NCBI RefSeq assembly: GCF_009914755.1
Contig: NC_060929.1
DNA: 64,000 nt
DNA from: the human T2T-CHM13v2.0 reference genome, Homo sapiens
Strand: one strand, 5' to 3'
Part shown: positions 58,163 through 64,000 of the stretch, in pieces
Layout of the letters: each line of letters begins with the position of its first letter
Numbering within the stretch: position 1 is the first letter of the stretch
Notes under the pieces: model-generated
The model's input: only the letters and a program-made list of their open reading frames with translations
Databases searched by the model: none
What the model was told of the DNA's origin: nothing
Translations under genes and position numbers: made by a program

Positions 58163-58974
58163 TAAAAAACAGATAAAGATATGAAATATTGTATATTATT
58201 TATTAAAATTTATGCACAAAAGATAGCCTATCATGTCATATTTATTAAATTTTGATATCATATTTTGCAACATTACTTGACAGAATTAATGGGGTACTTT
58301 CAATACTACTTTTGTTTGAAAATTAAGACTATACTTTTATATATTATCTAAATAACTTTTTTTCTTTTGGGGTGGGTTTTTTTTAGTTCTTTTGGGTTCT
58401 TTCATTATGAGGAAGATGACAGAAGCTACTATGCTTGTTAATGGAAGAAACTTCATTTTATTTGTAGTTGAAATTATATTAGAGTAGTTCAAATTTGATA
58501 TATTTTGATTTAGCATTTACAGTGCATATTTTTCTGCTCTGATTTTCTACATATATCACAAATGTCATATTGATTAATAAATACTTATGCAGAAGAAATA
58601 TATGGCATCTGATGAGAGCCTATTTAAATATTAATCTATACTTTAAAATTGGATAGGACATTTTATTAGTGACAATTTTATTTTTTAAAAGAATGAAGCA
58701 CTGAGGATAGTGAGTGAGGAAAGAAATGGTAAGCAATTGACTGTACTGAAAACTATATACCATATTATGGAGAAACTCAATGCACTACATAGGAATAGAG
58801 AAAATGAGAGAGGCTGGGGCAGTGCCAGTACTACCTGACTTAGGGTTGTGGGGATCAGGGAATGACAGGGGGAGCAACTGATGGACTGGAATTTAAATAA
58901 TTGTGAAAGAACATCACAGGTAAAGAGAGAAGTATGTGCAAATGAGTGAGGTTGTAGAAAACCATTGCTATTTT

Positions 58975-60598
58975 ATTATTTATTAAAAATATTAAGTTCA
59001 GGGATACATGGGCAGAATATGCAGGTTTGTTATATAGAAAAATGTTTGCCATGGTGGTTTGCTGCACAGACCATCCCATTACCTAGGTATTAAGCCCAGC
59101 ATCCATTAGCTGTTCTTCCTGATGCTCTCCTTCCTCCCCCTCCACCCTCTGACAGTCTCCAGTGTGTCTTGTTCCCAGCTATAGGTCCATGTGTCCTTGT
59201 CATTCAGCTCTCTCTTATAAGTGTGAACATATTCTATTTGGTTTGCTGTTCCTGCATTAGTTTGCTGAGAATAATGGCCTCCAGGTCCATTCATGTACCT
59301 GCAAAAGATATGATCTCATTCTTTTTTATGGCTGCATAGTATTCCATGATGTATATCTACCACATTTTCTTTATCTGATCTAGCATTGATGGGCATTTAG
59401 GTTGATTCCATGTCTTTGTTATTGTAAATAGTGTTGTATTGAACATATGCATGCACATATGTTTGTAATAGAATGATTTATATTCCTTTTGGTATATACC
59501 AGTAATGGGATTGCTGGGTCAAATGGTATTTCTGTTTCTAGGTCTTTAAGGAATTGCCACACTGTCTTCCACAAAGGTTGAACTAATTTACTTTCCCACC
59601 AACAGTGTAAAAGCATTTATTTGTCTCCACAACCTCACCAGCATCTGTTGTTTTTGACTTTTTCATAGTAGACATTCTCACTAATGTGAGATGGTGTCTT
59701 CTTGTGGTTTTGATTTGCATTTCTATAATGATCAATGATGCTAAGCTAGTTCTCAAATGTTTGTTGCCAGCATGTATGTCTTCTTTTGAAAAATGTCTGT
59801 TAATATCTTTGCCCACTTTTTAATGGTGTTGTTTTTTTCCTTGTAAATTTGTTTAAATTCCTTGTAGATGCTGCATATTAGATCTTTTTCAGATCGATAG
59901 GTTATAAAAATTTTCTCCCGTTCTATAGGTTGTCTGTTCACTTTGATGATAATTTCTTTTGCTATGCAGAAGCTCTTTAGTTTAATAAGATCCATTTGTT
60001 AATTTCAACTTTTGTTGCAATTGCTTTTGGTGTCTTTGCCATGAAATCTTTGCCGGTGCCTATGTCTTGAATGGTATTGCCTAGGATTTCTTCTAGGGTT
60101 TTGTAGTTCCGGTTTTCCACTTTAGTCTTTAATCCATCATTAGATAATTTTTGTATATGGTGTAAGGAACCAGTCAATTTCAATTTTCTGCATATGGTTA
60201 GCCAGTTCTCCCAGCACCATTTATTAAATAGGGAGTCCTTTCCCATTGCTTATTTTTGTCAGGTATGTCAAAGATCAGATGACTGTAGTTTTGCACCCTT
60301 TTATCTGGGTTCCCTATTCTGTTCCGTTGGTCTATGTGTCTGTTTTTGTATCAGTACCATGCTGTTTTTGTTACTATAGGAGTGCAGTATAGTTTGAAGT
60401 CACGTAATGTGATGCCTCCAGCTTTGTTCTTTTTGATTAGGATTGTCTTCACTATTCATGCTCTTTTTTGGTTCCATATGAATTTTAAAATAGTTTTTTC
60501 TAATTATGTGAATAATGTTAATGGTAGATTAATGGGAATCTATACATTGCTTTGGGCGATATGACCCTTTTCACGATATTGATTCTTTCTATCCGTGA
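58975..60598 (-). mobile_element. LINE-1 (L1PA11-13-like) 3' segment
   Basis: ORF2 C-terminal peptides on the - strand ([15 protein letters not shown] region, HCWWE). 3' UTR 'tattaagcccagcatccattagctgttcttcctgatgctctc'. Confidence 0.93.
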
Positions 60599-62240
60599 CT
60601 CAGGTAAATAATGAAATCAAAGCAAAACTTGAGACGTTCACTGAAACTAATGGGAACAAAGAGAAAACATACCAGGATCTCTGGGACTCAGCTAAAGCAT
60701 ATTTAAAAGGGAAATTTATAGCACTCAATGCCCACATCAAAAAGCTAGAATGATCTCAAGCTAACAACCTAACATCACAACTAAAATAACTAGAGAACCA
60801 AGAGCAAACACACCACAAAACTAGCAGAATATAAGAAATAACCAAGATCTGACCTGAACTAAAGGAGATAGAGGGATAAAAAACCCTTCAAAAATTCAAG
60901 GAATCCAGGAGCTGCTTTTTTTTTTAAATAATAAAATATACTGCTAGCTAGTGTGATAAAGAAGAAAACATAGAAGATTCAAATAAATACAAACAGAAAT
61001 GGTAAGGGGAATATCACCACTGATCCCACAAAAAAACAAACAAAAAAAATTAGAGGCTGCTATGAATACCTCTGTGCACACAAACTACAAAATTTAGAAG
61101 AAATGGATAAATTCCCAGACACATATGCCCTCCCAAGACTGAACTAGGAAGAAACTGAAACCCTGAATAGGCCAATAACAATTTCTGAAATTGAGGCAGC
61201 AATAAATAGCCTACCAAGCAGAAAAAGGCTAGGACCAGATGGATTCAGAGCTGAATTTTACCAGAGGTATGAAGAAGAGCTGGCAGGATTTCTACTGAAA
61301 CTATTCCAAAAAATTGAATAGGAGGGACTCGTCCCTAACTTATTACATAAGGCCATTATCATTCTGATACCAAAAGCTGGTAGAGATACAACAGAAAAAG
61401 AAATCTTCAGGCCAATATCCTTGATGAACATTAATGCAAAAATCCTCAACAAAATACTGGCAAATAGAATCCAGCAGCAGATCAAAAAGCTTATACATCT
61501 TGAGCAAATAGGTGTCATCCATGGGATGCAAGGTTGGTTCAAGATATGCAAATCAATAAATGTGATTAATCACATAAACAGGTCTAAAGACAATAACCAC
61601 ACGATTATCTCAATAGATACAGAAAATGTGTTCCATAAAATTCTTCATTCCTTCATGTTAAAACCTGTCAATAACTAGGTTTTGAAGGAACATACCTCAA
61701 AATAATAAGAGCCATATATGACAAACCCATAGCCAATATCATGCTGAATGGGCAAAAAATGGAAGCATTCCCCCTGAAAACTGGCACAAGACAAGTGTGC
61801 CCTCTCTCACCACTTCTATTCAAAATAGTTCTAGAAGTTCTGGTGAGGGCAATCAGGCAAGAGAAAGAAGTAAAGGTATTCAAATAGGAAGAAAGGAAGT
61901 CAAACTGTCTATTTTTGCAGGTGACATGACTCTATATCTAGAAAACCCCATCATCTCGCCCCAAAAACTTCTTAAGCAGATAAGCAACTTCAGAAAAAGT
62001 CTCAGGATACAAAATCAGTGTGCAAAAATTGCTAGCATTCCTATACACCAACAACAGGAAAGTCAAGAGCCAAATCACAAACAAACTCCCATTCACAATT
62101 GCCACAAAAATAAAAAATACCTAGGAACACAGCTAACAAGAGAAGGCCAGGACCTCTTTAAGGATAACTACAAGCCACTGCTCAAAGAAATCAGAGATTA
62201 CACAAATGGAAAAAACAAACAAACAAACAAACAAAAAACA
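60596..62240 (+). mobile_element. Inverted 5' segment of the same L1 (ORF2 from after the endonuclease domain through RT)
   Basis: Peptides [18 protein letters not shown] and LSIFAGDMTLYLENP on the + strand, directly abutting the - strand segment. Confidence 0.92.
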
Positions 62241-64000
62241 TGGTTACTTTAACTTCTAATGTAAAGGGAAAAAGAATTTCAAAGCCCTAGTGGGGAATCC
62301 TACCAGAAAGTCTGTTCATCTCATGAATATCATTAAGTTTTGGTGGTATCTGCTCAGCTCAGGAGCAGTCTCCTATTTCTGAGGACCGACTCGGGTTTAT
62401 ACCCGTGGTTTCTGCAGTAGCTGGGTTTGCACCTCCCTAGCCCTTGGTTTAGTTGAGGGAATTAGAAGTGTTTGGTGTATTCAAGCTAAGATGTTCACAT
62501 TCTCTCTTTACTAGGGATTAGAATTGGGGAAATATACTAAATCAGTCCAGTCTCTGAGATCATTCCTCCTGTTTATTAGAATTCAGAAATTAAAAAAAAA
62601 ACCCACATGTTATAAAAGATCAGATAAAGGAAAAAAAAAAAAGACTGGGAAAGGAGAGATGGTGCATTCTCAAAGATTTTTAGTACCTAATCATTATCCC
62701 TTCCCTGAGATCCACTCCGTACTGGACCAGTTTACTCAAGATGGTTTCTTTTAAAAATACAATTTAAAAGTTGTAATAAATCACATAACAAATTTTATCC
62801 TAAAAATTAGACGGAAATCCTGATAAATTTTATGATCTGCATATAAACTAGGGAAAAGTCTTAAATTATCCCAAAATGTATATCTATTTCTGAGGGAAGC
62901 ATTATTTTTAATTATGTCTGCAAATTAATATGTCTGCATTCAACCACCATGAAAGATTTATGATTTTTCTCCTGAATTAATTTCATTTAATTCAAAGAGC
63001 TAACCTTTCCTAATTTATTTCCTGCTTTTCATATTCTAAAACATTAATGTAAAAAGTCAAACTGCATTTAAACTATTGATAGATAAAATAAGTTACTTGT
63101 GTAAGATAGAGAAAAAAAATCTAACTGTAAAAAAATATGGATTTTTCTACAATACCCAATATCAGAGTTTAGGAAAGAATGACCTGGCTTTTAAAAGAGG
63201 AGATAAGATTATGTATAATTATTTCCTCTTTTCCATGAAAATAATGTATAGTCATATAATGATATACATCACTATATATATAATGATGTAACACACTATG
63301 CATTCATGCCTCCAATTTTAAAAAAAATTATTACATCATAGACTATTATGAAACACAACAGAGATGAATTTGTATCCTAAAATGTATATATTAAATATTT
63401 AGAAATTAAAACCAGTAGGTATAACCAGAAGGAAACAACAGCAACAACGTCAACAACAACAACAAAAACAAAATTTAAAGCAATAATGAAAAATAATAAA
63501 ATTCTCCCTGGAGTCGAATATTTTTGGTTTAAAAATGCTTATGTCATAATTTTAATATATTTCAATACCTTACTTGGCTAATTTTCCAAGTGGGTTCCGT
63601 TATGCTATTCTTTTGAAGAATAAAGCAATAACATTTCTATTTCCTCTAACAGCGATTTATAGATAATAATTTCTCAGCCCAATATTCTCCTTTCTACAAA
63701 ATAACTCATTAACCCAAGGTATTCAGGCTATCAATTTCTCTGAGATTAAAAACCGTAAGTCATTTAGATTTCAATTTTCCATTTTATATATGCAATTTGA
63801 ATTTCACCTTTAGCCATGCAGGAATCCCTTCTATTTTTCAAATATATTGCATATCTCTCACTACCAAGCCTTTCCACGATCTCTTCTCCTAGCTTCTTTT
63901 TAGCTCAAACCTCAGTTTCTGCCCATCATTCATGTACTGGTGCCCCTGAGGTTTGTGGATAACTTCTTCTACTTTTCCTACTCATCATCCTTGGATGACT

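Overview
AT-rich, CpG-poor primate genomic DNA, probably human or another ape (AluY, L1PA3/4 and LTR12C-like elements are present). It looks like a gene desert or a large intron. I found no credible host protein-coding exon or RNA gene. The longer ORFs are broken L1 ORF2 pieces; the rest are Alu, LTR or microsatellite read-throughs or chance ORFs. The window is largely a stack of nested transposon fossils: three L1PA elements (one with a twin-priming inversion), older L1M and L2 pieces, an ancient ERVL provirus, MaLR/MLT2/MER67/LTR12 LTRs, five Alus and several DNA-transposon remnants. The structure not explained by repeat annotation is two young, about 98% identical fold-back inverted duplications (18458-19005 and 43687-44169). 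The second is fused to the 5' end of an L1PA insertion, and its loop holds six reverse-complement copies of what appears to be that L1's target site, suggesting an unusual insertion-resolution event. All family and subfamily names come from recalled consensus sequences, not a database search, and boundaries of old elements are approximate.
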